From: Azolla caroliniana
Taxonomy: Eukaryota; Plantae; Polypodiophyta
NCBI GenBank assembly: GCA_043228905.1
Contig: JBHGNT010000010.1
Span: 5,022,001-5,086,000 of the forward strand
Length of the DNA stretch: 64,000 nt
Direction: 5' to 3'
Shown here piece after piece: positions 22,408 to 33,571 of this stretch (the first letter of the stretch is position 1; every line of letters begins with the position of its first letter). Position numbers and translations under genes: made by a program. Under the pieces are notes generated by a model. It saw nothing but the letters and a program-made list of their open reading frames with translations. It did not search any database and was not told where the DNA came from.

Positions 22408-25400
22408 TGTTGGAGACAAAGTCGTCTATGCGGAAGATCGAGAAGCATTCGATTGCTGTTGAGTACCTGCGTATGACAATTTCTAGGTCGTTGCACAGAG
22501 AGAGAGAGAGAGAGAGACAGGGAGGCACAAAAGACTTTCTTATTCCATAAAGCAATAATACAACACCCAACCTTACAAAAAGGTTACAAGGTCACTATAT
22601 ATAGTGACCGACTTAGGGCAACTACCCTTTATGCTAATTACATAAATGGCCAAAACGGGATAGTGTGAATACGTCCATTATACACATGTATTCGACACTC
22701 CCCCGTAATGGGCGTATACATGGGTTATCTAACATTACAGGTATAGACTTAGGTTCTCGGACATATCAGCTTTGTTCGAGTCGGCAGGGTCCGAAGGCAG
22801 AAGACCGAACTGGTCGGGTCGGAACAGTTGAAGCCGATCATTAAGGAACTGATGTCGGTTGTCGGAACCATCCTGCTCTGTGTCCGGCTCTAACCGGACT
22901 GGTTTGTCGTTATGCCCATCTGATGCCGAAGAGACCGAAAACGGTCTGCCGAAAGACACTTGGTCATTCCATCTGCGACATTGTCGGTTGTGGATATTTT
23001 CTCTAGACCGATTTTCCCTGAAATGACGCAGTCCCGAACGAAGTGATATCGAACGTCGATATGTTTGGAGGCGTTGTGGTGAACCGGATTTTTCGACAAG
23101 GCAACAGCACCTTGACTGTCGCTGTAGACAACTGGAGCCGAGTCATAGTCGACTTGTCGAAACGTGTGCGCCAGCCGACCGAGCCACAAAGCTTCTTTTG
23201 CTGCGTCGGACGCAGCTACATATTCTGCTTCGGTCGTTGAGGTCGCTGTGCACTCCTGAAGTTTCGACTTCCACGAGATTGCTCCATTGCCGAATTTGAA
23301 GCAGTATCCGGTTGTTGATTTCCGACTGTCTATACAGCCGGCGAAATCCGAGTCGGTGTAACCGACTACGCCTGAGGTTCGGTTCGGACCGAAAAGAATG
23401 TCGTGGTCTTTTGTGCCAGCCAGATATCTGAACACATGCTTGACTGCGTTCCAATGCGATCGGCCAGGATTGTGCATAAATCTGCTAACGACTCCTACGG
23501 CATGAGAGATATCAGGCCGTGTCGCGACCATCAGGTACATAAGGGAGCCGACTGCCGGTGCATACGGTACCGACTTCATATCTTCCCCCTCCGGACCGGA
23601 TGTCGGGCAGTCTCGCTGAGAGAGCCGAAGATTCATGGGGAGCGGGGTTGAAGCAGATTTGGCTGATTGCATGTTGAAGCGTTCCAAGACACGTCCGATA
23701 TAGTCGGTCTGAGACAAAAAAAGATGTCGTTTATCGCGATGCCGACTAATCTTCATGCCAAGGATGTGTCGTGCCGGACCGAGGTCCTTCATGGCAAACT
23801 TCAACCGCAGTTGCCGAATGAGATCGGCAAGTTCGCCCGCGTGGCGTCCAGAAATTAGCATGTCGTCCACGTAAATGATGAGGAAGATGGGTGATCCATC
23901 TTGAGCTGTGTTGGTAAAGAGACAATGGTCCTCATCGCTTTTTGAGAAGCCGATCGATTGGATGAAGTCGTCGAACTTCTTGTACCATTGTCGCGGTGCC
24001 TGTTTGAGGCCGTATAGACTCTTCCTGAGGCGGCAGACTAGATGTTCTTGGCCAGTTGCCACGAAGCCTTTTGGCTGCTCCATATAAATTTCCTCCTCGA
24101 GATCACCATGGAGGAAGGCTGTTTTGACATCTAGCTGAATCAGCTCCAAGTTGTCGGCTGCCACTACGCCGAGTAGAAAACGAAGGGTTGTCATTTTCAC
24201 CACTGGTGAAAAAATCTCGTCGAAGTCGACGCCATATTCTTGTCGGAAGCCCTTCGCAACTAATCTGGCCTTGTACTTTGGGGTGGTCGAATCAGACGTC
24301 TCTTTTAGTCGATAAACCCACTTGCAAGGAAGAGCACGTCGATTCTTAGGTAATTCGACCAGATCCCAGGTCTTGTTTGCCCGAATGGAGTGCATTTCCG
24401 ACTCCATCGCCAGATGCCAGGTGGCGGAATCGACAGATGTCGATGCTTCTTCGTAAGACGTCGGTTTGCCGGCGTCGGTGAAGAAAATTCCAGGAGAATA
24501 CCTCTCCGGAGGTTGCGACAGTCTCTCGGATCGGCGAGGTAAGATTGGACTGGTCGCATCGGGTATCAAGGTCGGATGGTCCGAAAGCGGATTGTTCTGC
24601 TGTGCCGAGTCGGGGTTGTCCGAGTCGGTAGTGTAAGGTTCAGCTACCCGTGAAGCTGACCGTGTGTTGAGAGCGGGGCCTTCTTGAAGGGTCGGCACAT
24701 CGGAAAATGTTACCCTTCGGACTTCGATCGGTTTTTCGACTGATGGATTCATAGCCGACTCGTTGAACACAACGTCCGAACTTCGAACGATTTGTCTGCG
24801 TTCGGGGTCCCAGAGTCGGTATCCCATTTCGCCGTCGGATCCATATCCAAGGAAAATGCATTTCCTGGACCGAGGTGCAAGTTTTCGGCGATCATCTTTC
24901 GGAATAAGGGCGTACGTCTCGCATCCGAAGATCCTCAGCTTGTCGTAATTCGGCTTACTGCCGATCCATAGTTCCTGAGGAATTTGAAGTCCTAGAGGTC
25001 TACTTGGCGACATATTGATTATGTGTACTGCCCTGAGTAGAGCCTCTGCCCAGAAGCCATCCGACAGTCCGGAGTGTTGGAGCATGGAAACTGTCCGTTC
25101 TTGGATTGTCCGATTCATGCGTTCGGCAATCCCGTTTTGCTCCGGACTGTGTGGTGCCGTAAATTCACGTCGGATGCCGCGTTGTCGGCAGAATTTGACG
25201 AATTCTTCGGATTTAAACTCTCCCCCATTGTCTGTCCGAAAGCATTTCAGCTTTCGGTCGGTTTGATTTTCTACCATAGCGAGCCAATCGGTGAAGATCG
25301 AGAAGACCCGATCTTTGGTGCGAATTGGATAAGCCCACACCTTTCGAGTCGAATCGTCAATGAAAGTGACGAAGTAAGAGGCACCGCCGAGAGACTGATG

Positions 25401-27775
25401 CGGCATTGGGCCACAGACGTCCGAGTGGACCAAATCGAGAGGTCTCGTTTCTCTTGGTGCTGATGTCGGGTGTGATGCGGCTGCTTGTTTGCCATACTGG
25501 CAATGCTCGCAGAATTGATGGTCCGAGAAGGAGAGTTTGGGGATGTATCCGGCTCTAGATAGGTGCGTGATGCCGGCCTTGCTGAGGTGTCCTAATCTTC
25601 GGTGCCATAGTGATGACACAGGAATATCCACCAAAAACAGGTTACCCTCTCTGAGCGTAACATGTAACGGATACAGGGAGTGTATCTTGGGTCCTCTAGC
25701 AAGCAGGAGGTTCCCCCTGTGGAGTGTCCACCCTCCCGAAGAAAAACCGGCACGAATGCCGTCTTCATCTAGTTGTCCGACTGAGATCAATGGCCTTGAG
25801 AGCTCGGGTACATGTCGGACATTGTGGAGTACAAGTGTAGAGCCACCTGCAAGGTTGAGCTCTACTGTGCCGATTCCGATGATGTCACAGTGTTGTGAGT
25901 TGCCGACTCGAACTGAGTCGGAGTGACGGATCGTATATTGCCGAAATTGGGATCGATGAGGAGTCACGTGAAATGACGCGCCCGAATCTAAGAGCCATGT
26001 GCTCGATTCTTCAGTCGTGAGTAGAACTTCTGATCCGACTGGATTTTCGATTGATAGTATATTCGGGTCGTCCGGTAGTACATCAGCTGAGAAGCTGACG
26101 TAATTGATCTCCTCATGCCGGCCACTCTTCTTGTTGTTCTTGTTCTTGAGTGCGCGGCAGTCGGCTTTGATGTGTCCGGGTTTCTTGCAATAGTTGCAGA
26201 TTCGGTTATCCCGTGACTGGCTCCGTCTTCGCTGATTGTTCGGCGGCCGTGAGGAATCTCTTCCTCGTATGTTCGATCGGTCTGTCGAACCTTGTACTAC
26301 GTAAGCGTCGTCTGTTGAGTCTTTGGCGAAAGACTTTCTCCGAGCTGCTTCGGTCAGGATTGCGCTCGTGACTTCGGAGTATTTAACAGCCGTGGTTGAC
26401 GCGTTGCACACGGTTGTGACGAAAGTTTCCCATGATGAGGGAAGGCTGCTCATGAGTATCATTGCTCTGAGTTCATCCTCGATTGCCGTCCCCTGTGACG
26501 AGATTTGGGAGCTTATGCTTTCGTACTCATTGAGGTGTGCTTGAACCGAATCGGATTCTTTCATCCGCAAGTTGTAGAGGCGCCGGATCAGAAACATCTT
26601 CGTTGCGGCGACCTTCTTTTCGTAAGTGTCCGACAGTGTTTTCCACAGTTCGAATGCTGTCGTACACGATTGCACCGTAAAGTATACCGATTCCGATAGG
26701 TGCATCCGAATCGTGGCGCGGACAATTCTGTCCAGCTTCTGCCACTCAATTGGTTTGTATCCTTCTGGAGGTTCTTCATTTTCGATGGGATCGATTTGCC
26801 CCTTGACTATGAGATAGTCCTGCATTTGCTCCTTCCAGAAGTTGAAGTTCGATCCATCGAACTTTCGTAGACTCATTTCTGACGAGCCGGATGTTGATGC
26901 CATCAAATTTGGTTTCGGTTGACGAAGCTCGGTTTGGAGTTGACTACGAGCCTTGTTGGAGTGCAGCCGGTTGGCTCACCCGATATTGCTCTAGTCGGAT
27001 TTGAACCCGAGTCGGTTCGGCTTCGGAACTTGCTCGAATTGACTCCGGTAGCTTGAGGGGCAGAACCGACTGGTCTTCCCGAATGTTGCCGAGTCGGAGT
27101 GAGCCCGGTTCGCTTCGGATATATATGCCGAATACCGATTATTGAAACCGATTATCTGGACCGATTCTGCTTCGGTTGACTGCAGCAACGAGAGAGACGG
27201 ATCCAACTGATCCTCCCGAATGTCGATAAGCCAGATGAAGCACGAATTTGGGTTGTTGTCAATGTTGCACAAGGGGATTTCACCTCGTTCGGTTACGATC
27301 ACAAGGAACAGAGTACAACCTGCTGGCTTACTCCAAGCGAAGATGATCTAACACGATGAGATGCAAACCTCGTTTTTCTTCTTCTTCTCTCTTCGAATGA
27401 CGCAGGAAACCGAATACTGTGCAGGCTGAGACGACGGCCGACAGCGGATTGAAGGACCGACTACTGTGCAGGCTCTGATACCAGATGTTGGAGACAAAGT
27501 CGTCTATGCGGAAGATCGAGAAGCATTCGATTGCTGTTGAGTACCTGCGTATGACAATTTCTAGGTCGTTGCACAGAGAGAGAGAGAGAGAGAGACAGGG
27601 AGGCACAAAAGACTTTCTTATTCCATAAAGCAATAATACAACACCCAACCTTACAAAAAGGTTACAAGGTCACTATATATAGTGACCGACTTAGGGCAAC
27701 TACCCTTTATGCTAATTACATAAATGGCCAAAACGGGATAGTGTGAATACGTCCATTATACACATGTATTCGACA
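22408..27775 (-). mobile_element. Copia-6: intact full-length Ty1/copia (5368 bp)
   Basis: 290-bp LTRs 27486-27775 (5') and 22408-22697 (3') read identical by eye. Perfect TSD GATCG (22403-22407 / 27776-27780). PBS for tRNA-iMet at 27472-27483; PPT at 22698-22706. Confidence 0.98.
22890..26903 (-). CDS. Copia-6 gag-pol polyprotein (1337 aa from the ATG)
   Basis: Uninterrupted ORF: gag, CNYCKKPGHIKADC, LDSGAS protease, HHCC plus DDE integrase, RT YVDD, RNase H. The ATG is at 26903; the ORF track starts at an upstream TTG. Confidence 0.97.
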   Translation of the reverse strand: MASTSGSSEMSLRKFDGSNFNFWKEQMQDYLIVKGQIDPIENEEPPEGYKPIEWQKLDRIVRATIRMHLSESVYFTVQSCTTAFELWKTLSDTYEKKVAATKMFLIRRLYNLRMKESDSVQAHLNEYESISSQISSQGTAIEDELRAMILMSSLPSSWETFVTTVCNASTTAVKYSEVTSAILTEAARRKSFAKDSTDDAYVVQGSTDRSNIRGRDSSRPPNNQRRRSQSRDNRICNYCKKPGHIKADCRALKNKNNKKSGRHEEINYVSFSADVLPDDPNILSIENPVGSEVLLTTEESSTWLLDSGASFHVTPHRSQFRQYTIRHSDSVRVGNSQHCDIIGIGTVELNLAGGSTLVLHNVRHVPELSRPLISVGQLDEDGIRAGFSSGGWTLHRGNLLLARGPKIHSLYPLHVTLREGNLFLVDIPVSSLWHRRLGHLSKAGITHLSRAGYIPKLSFSDHQFCEHCQYGKQAAASHPTSAPRETRPLDLVHSDVCGPMPHQSLGGASYFVTFIDDSTRKVWAYPIRTKDRVFSIFTDWLAMVENQTDRKLKCFRTDNGGEFKSEEFVKFCRQRGIRREFTAPHSPEQNGIAERMNRTIQERTVSMLQHSGLSDGFWAEALLRAVHIINMSPSRPLGLQIPQELWIGSKPNYDKLRIFGCETYALIPKDDRRKLAPRSRKCIFLGYGSDGEMGYRLWDPERRQIVRSSDVVFNESAMNPSVEKPIEVRRVTFSDVPTLQEGPALNTRSASRVAEPYTTDSDNPDSAQQNNPLSDHPTLIPDATSPILPRRSERLSQPPERYSPGIFFTDAGKPTSYEEASTSVDSATWHLAMESEMHSIRANKTWDLVELPKNRRALPCKWVYRLKETSDSTTPKYKARLVAKGFRQEYGVDFDEIFSPVVKMTTLRFLLGVVAADNLELIQLDVKTAFLHGDLEEEIYMEQPKGFVATGQEHLVCRLRKSLYGLKQAPRQWYKKFDDFIQSIGFSKSDEDHCLFTNTAQDGSPIFLIIYVDDMLISGRHAGELADLIRQLRLKFAMKDLGPARHILGMKISRHRDKRHLFLSQTDYIGRVLERFNMQSAKSASTPLPMNLRLSQRDCPTSGPEGEDMKSVPYAPAVGSLMYLMVATRPDISHAVGVVSRFMHNPGRSHWNAVKHVFRYLAGTKDHDILFGPNRTSGVVGYTDSDFAGCIDSRKSTTGYCFKFGNGAISWKSKLQECTATSTTEAEYVAASDAAKEALWLGRLAHTFRQVDYDSAPVVYSDSQGAVALSKNPVHHNASKHIDVRYHFVRDCVISGKIGLEKISTTDNVADGMTKCLSADRFRSLRHQMGITTNQSG

Positions 27776-30700
27776 GATCGGCATTATGTTTCAAAACAAA
27801 AATGTTGTTAATCAGGTTTCGGTATTCCGGAAGCTAGTAAGACTCCGGTACCAAGATGGCTCCAGCATGGCAGATCACATGAATGCCTTCCAGGGGCTGA
27901 TCCACCAGGCAACATCATTGGAAGTACCACTTGCCGATGAGGTACTAGCACTACTCCTGCTCGGTTCCCTCCTAGATAGTTGGGAGACATTGGTTGTCAC
28001 CTTGGGCAACGCCGGGCCGGAAGGGAAACGGTTATCCCTAGCAAGAGTGAAGTCGAGCTTGCTAGATGAGGAGGCGTGTCGGAAAGATAAGGATACGAGC
28101 TCCGACCCCAAAGCGCTCCTTACCGAATCGGAACACAAAAGACAAAGAAACCGTAGTCCCAAGAACCGGGAAAAGTTGGGGACACGGTCAAAGTCAAGGG
28201 GGAGGCCTACTTGCTTCTATTGCGGCAAGTCGGGACACTTACAGAAGAACTGTCGGCATTTCCGAAAAGACAAGGAAACCGACGGTACCGATTCGAAGTG
28301 GACTCCGGACCGAAACGGTAAAGACCGGAGGGGGCCGGACCGGAAGGGAACAACGGCAATCGCGGCAAGTGACGAAGAGTTGATGCTCATCACCGAGGAG
28401 AGTAAGCTAAACCTTGCCGGCGACAAGATGACCTGGGTGGTCGACTCTGGAGCGTTGTTCGACCTTACCCCGGACCGGAAATGCTTCTCATCCTACTCAG
28501 TCGGTGATCACGATTGTGTCCGGATGGGGAATGAAGGTACATGCCGAATTGTCGGCATAGGAGACATGTGGCTGACAACACCAACCGTATGCAAGCTGGT
28601 GTTAAAGGATGTCCGACACGTTCCGGAGGTTCGTTTGAACCTGATATCAGCCGATCGGCTAGATGATGAAGGCTACATGGGTAGCATTCGGAACGGTGTT
28701 ATGAAGTTCAGCAAAGGGAGCCTGATTGTGGCTCGGGCCCGGAAGGTAAACACATTGTAGTTGATGAATGCCCGGTTATGTCCGAAGGAAGTGAACGTGG
28801 CATCCGACACTGCCGGTGAGCTGTGGCACAAAAGGCTGTGTCAGATGAGCGAGAAGCGGATGAAGAGGCTTGCAGACGACAACCTCATTCCAGTGAAGAA
28901 CGTGCACTTGGAGAAGTGCACTGATTGTCTGGCCGGTAAGCAAAACCGGACCTCCTTCCGACCAAGGCCACCGATGAGATGTAATGCACCACTGGAGTTG
29001 GTGCATACTGATGTGTGTCAAGTGGACACGAAGTCACATGCAGGATCGTAGTACTTCGTGACGTTCATAGATGACCACAACCGGAAGCTGTGGGCCACAC
29101 CGTTGAAGACGAAGGATCAGGTGTTATCCGTCTTCAAAGATTTCCACGCGAGAGTGGAAAGAGAAACCGGTCGGAAGCTGAAGGCGGTTCGAGCAGATAA
29201 CGGAGGTGAATACCGGGGGCAGTTCGAGGAGTACTGTCGCTCAAAGGGAATCCGGCTCGAATTCACCATGCCGAAGACGCCGAAACTAAACGGGATGGCT
29301 GAGAGGATGAACCAGACCATAATTGAGAGGGTCCGGAGTATGCTGGTGCATGCAAAACTACCCAAGAAGTTTTGGGCTAAGGCACTATGGACGGCGACAT
29401 ATGTGATAAACATATCACCCTCAATACCCTTGGACGGAGACACACCACAGAGAGTATGGATCGGTAAGGAAGTATCTTACCGGCATCTGAAGGTATTCGG
29501 GTGTCTTGCGTATGTGCATGTAGATAAGGACCGGACAGGAAAACTAGATCCGAAGACCTGGCCATGCATATTCCTCGGTTACGGCGACGATGAGTTCGGC
29601 TACCGAGTGTGGGACCTGGTCGACAAGAAGGTATTCTGGAGTCGAGATATTATCTTCATGGAGGACAAGATGCTCGCCAACTAGGAGTCGGAGAATAAGA
29701 TAATGAACTCTGAGTCGACCGGTAAGGATCGATTCTACGATGAGCAGACCCAACCGGCAAGAGACTGGTTAGCACTCGAGGAACCAACTGGTTACGGTGG
29801 GGATACCGAACCCGCAGAAGAAGAAGTAGAGGAAGCTGAAACCGGAACCGGCCAAGACCCCGAATCGGATTCGGATGAAGAGCAAATGGAGGAGCCGGTT
29901 ACCGAAGCCCAAAGACGGAGATATCATCTCAGAGAGAGAAGGGCCCCCCGGAGATTTCCGGATGCAGAGCATGTGTTGCTGATCAATGAGGGAGAGCTGG
30001 AAAGCTTCGAAGAAGTGAAGGATGACACCCACAGCTGCAAATGGTTAAGTGCCATGCAGGATGAGATGGATTCCCTTCATGAGAACCATACGTACAAATG
30101 GGTGGAGTTGCCGAAAGGAAAGCGGGCACTCCGAAACAAGTGGGTGTACAAGTTGAAACTGGGAGATGTCGGCAACCCCCCGAGATACAAAGCCAGGATC
30201 GTGGTGAAGGGGTTCCAGCAGAAGTAGGACGTGGACTTCGACGAGATATTTGCCCTGGTAGTAAAGATGACCTCCATCCGGACAGTGCTGAGCATAGCGG
30301 CAAGCATGGACCCCGAGGTAGAGCAGCTGGACGTGAAGACGACATTCCTTCATGGTGACCTCGAAGAGGAGATCTACATGCAGCAACCGGAAGGATTCGT
30401 GGAGAAGGGGAAGGAGCACCTAGTTTGCCTGTTGAAGAAGAGCCTGTACGGACTGAAGCAGGCTCCCCGACAATGGTACAGGAAGTTCGACTCCTTCATT
30501 ACCGATCAAGGGTACCACAAGACGCAGGCCGATCACTGCGTGTTTGTGAAGAAGTTCGAAGGAGGCGACTTCCTAATACTCCTTCTGTACGTGGACGACA
30601 TGTTGATCGGCGGACGGGACCAAGCCAAAATACGGATGCTGAAGAAGGCTCTCAACCGAACCTTCGCGATGAAAGACTTGGGTCCGACAAGACAGATGTT

Positions 30701-33571
30701 GGGGATGCATATCATCCGGAACCGGCCAACGAAGCAACTGTGGCTGTCACAGGAGAAATACGTGACAAAGGTGCTTCAGCGGTTCAACATGTCAGATGCG
30801 AAACCGGTCGGATCGACACTTTCAGCAAACTGCAGGTTATCCGGTAAGCAAATCCCGAAGACGAAAGCAGAGAAGGCGGATATGATGAAGGTTCCATATG
30901 CATCTGCCGTCGGGAGCTTAATGTACGCAATGGTGTGTACCCGACCGGATATAGGATACGTAGTCGGAGTGGTGAGCCGGTTTATGAGCAATCCCGATAA
31001 GGAGCACTGGAACGCAATCAAATGGATACTCCGGTACTTGAAGGGCACTTCAAATATGTGTCTCCGATTCGGCTCCGGAAAACCTCAACTTGATGGTTAT
31101 ACCGATTCGGACATGTCGGTTGATGTGGATACCAACCGGTCTACATCCGGGTATGTAATGACATATGTAGGGGGAGCTGTTTCGTGGCAATCGAGGCTGC
31201 AGAAGACGGTTGCATTGTCAACCACGGAGGCGGAGCACATGGCGGCTGTGGAAGCCGGCAAGGAAATATTTTGGATGAAGGACTTCATCGGAGAGCTCGG
31301 TATCCGGCAAGATGAATACCGGCTCTATTGCGATAGTCAAAGTGTCATCCACCTTGCTAAGAATGCGACCTACCATTTCCGTACGAAGCATATCCAACGA
31401 AGGTATCATTGGATCCGGGAAAGAGTAGATGACCAGGAGTTCGCGATGACGAAGATCCACACGGCCGAGAACGGGTCAGATATGCTGACCAAAGTACTGT
31501 TACCCGACAAGTTGGATGCATGCCGGAAGCGAATCGGACTAGTAAGACATCCCATGCCGGAGTGAAGGGGGAGTTTGTTAGGAAACAAGTCCCTCCGGAT
31601 GGGAAATGAGAAGAATAGTACTGATGAGCAAACTTGGGCGAGGCCGAAACTGGATTTGGAGTACCCGGCTACGGAAGACCCGGTGAGAACCGGATGACAA
31701 TTACCCGACAACGGAAGACCCAGTGAGAACCGGATGAGGAGTACCCGGCATGAGCCGGATGGTAAAGGCCTGGTGAGAAGTGCTCACCGGATGAAGGGAC
31801 ATATTTGTAAATATGTTTTTTGAGAGTCGATCGGGGCTATATTTGTAAATAGCCGAAAAGTCATATTAGTATAAATATGACTTAGGGCAAACAGAGAATT
31901 GTGTGTTGTTGTCATTCTTGTTGGTGCAAGACTAGAGAGCGCGTAACTGTGTACAGAGAGAGAGAGAGAGGAAGAGGTCGTTGCCTCTATTGTAACCGCC
32001 GCCTGTGGCAAAGATCGTGAGCACGAGGTTGTTGCCTCCGTGAGCTCACTGTTGTAATCATTGTGATATAGTGATAGTTAGTAGTCAATGGATTGCCGTG
32101 TTTTTTCCCTCTCAGGGTTTTCCACGTTAAACATCCTCTGTACTCTTCTCTTCTTTGTGTCGTGCGTTCATTATCTGTTTTCTGTGTTCGATTTTAGACT
32201 CGGTTGTGGCCGAGTGTTGTGGGAAGGGAGCGTGGATTCCTGTCAAAAATCTGCTTCGACCCCACTCCCAATTAGCCTTCGGCTATCTTAGAAGGACTGC
32301 CCAACATTCGATACAGAGGAGGAAATTATGAAGTTGGTGCCATACGCATCGACGATCGGCTCCTTAATGTACGCAACAGTTGCAACACGATTGGACTTAG
32401 CTCATGTCGTAGGAATCATTAGCATATTTATGCATAATCCTGACCGATTGCATTGGAATGCGGTAAAACATGTGTTCAAATATTTGGTGGGCACAAAAGA
32501 CTATGACATCCTATTTGGCCTGAACAAAACTTCAGGCGTAGTCGAATAAACCAACTTAGACTTTGCCGACTGCTTGGAAAGCCAAAAATCGACAATCGGA
32601 TATTGCTTTAAATTCGGGAATGGAGCGGTCTTGTGGAAGTCGAAACTACAACAGTGCACGACCACATCAACGACTGAGGCTGATATGTAACCGCTTTCGA
32701 TGCAGACAAAGAGGCCTTATGGCTCAATCGACTAGCGTGCACGTTTCTATAAGTCAACTCCAGTTGTCTATAGTGACAATCAAGGTGTTGTCGCTTTGTC
32801 CACATCAATGTCTCAAAGCATATAGATGTGAGGTATCACTTCTTTTGGGACTTCATCATTTTCGAGAAAATCGGCCTCGAGAAAATATCCATAACCAATA
32901 ATGTTGCAAATGGGATGACCAAGTGTTTACCGGCAGATCGATTCCGGTCTCTTCAGCACCAAATGGGCGTAATGGAATGTTGGTCCGATCAGGTCAGACC
33001 GACATCGACATTTCAAGATTCAGCTTCAAACCTTTCCGATTCGACCTCGAATTCAGACTAGTTGATTCAGATTTAGCCGATTGGGCATTTTGATTCGAAC
33101 ATTGCCGATTCAGACAAAAGCCGATTTGCCCGATAACCCTTTGTATAAATTTGTATCCTCTGTTCATTCTTTTCATTATAGATTTTTGTTGTATACACCC
33201 ATTGTCGAATATAAGAAAACAATGAACGTATTCACACTATCCCATTGGACATACTAGGTTTAGGTCATAATTATAATTATTGGAAAGGGAAGTTGCCCTA
33301 GGTCAGTTAGTATTTAAATAGACCTTTGTAACCTAGTTGTTGTTCATATTGTACACTGTGTCATTGTAACGTTGAGCAGAATAATATTGTTATATAGTCT
33401 TGTGCCTAACTCTATTGCCTTCTCTCTGCACTTGTTATTTTGATCTTGTCTTTATTCAATTGTCTGTCTTGGTATTAAATATGTCAGTACTTTTTTGTAC
33501 ATGTTTTCTACTTAAAGATCTTCATCAGAAGAGTGATGATTTTGTTCCGCACTTGACGACCATTTCCAACA

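Larger units (their letters stand above)
22147..31565 (+). pseudogene. Copia-5 gag-pol, split by Copia-6 and premature stops
   Basis: ORFs 27786-28760, 28761-29051, 29058-29684, 29703-30227 and 30231-31565 share one frame and are separated only by TAG stops. Motifs CFYCGKSGHLQKNC, VVDSGA, LYVDDML. Confidence 0.92.
21375..32245 (+). mobile_element. Copia-5: Tnt1-like Ty1/copia related to Copia-1, interrupted by Copia-6
   Basis: LTRs 21375-22115 and 31576-32245. TSD AAAAT (21370-21374 / 32246-32250). PBS TGGTATCAGAGC 22119-22130; PPT gaagggggag 31564-31573. gag-PR-IN-RT-RH with several in-frame stops. Confidence 0.96.
17036..33571 (+). mobile_element. Copia-4: old degenerate copy of the Copia-6 family, interrupted by Copia-5
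   Basis: 5' LTR from 17036 (its 3' end and the PBS are deleted). 3' LTR 33203-33571 (PPT deleted). TSD GGGGC/AGGGC. gag EMSLRKFDGSNFNF at ~18220; pol collinear with Copia-6. RT reads MKSTK|SASTPLP across the Copia-5 insert. Confidence 0.88.

Noticed and set aside
23043-26817. Short antisense and alternate-frame ORFs over retrotransposon pol and in introns
   Set aside because: Shadows of real coding frames or microsatellite translations, with no independent motifs.
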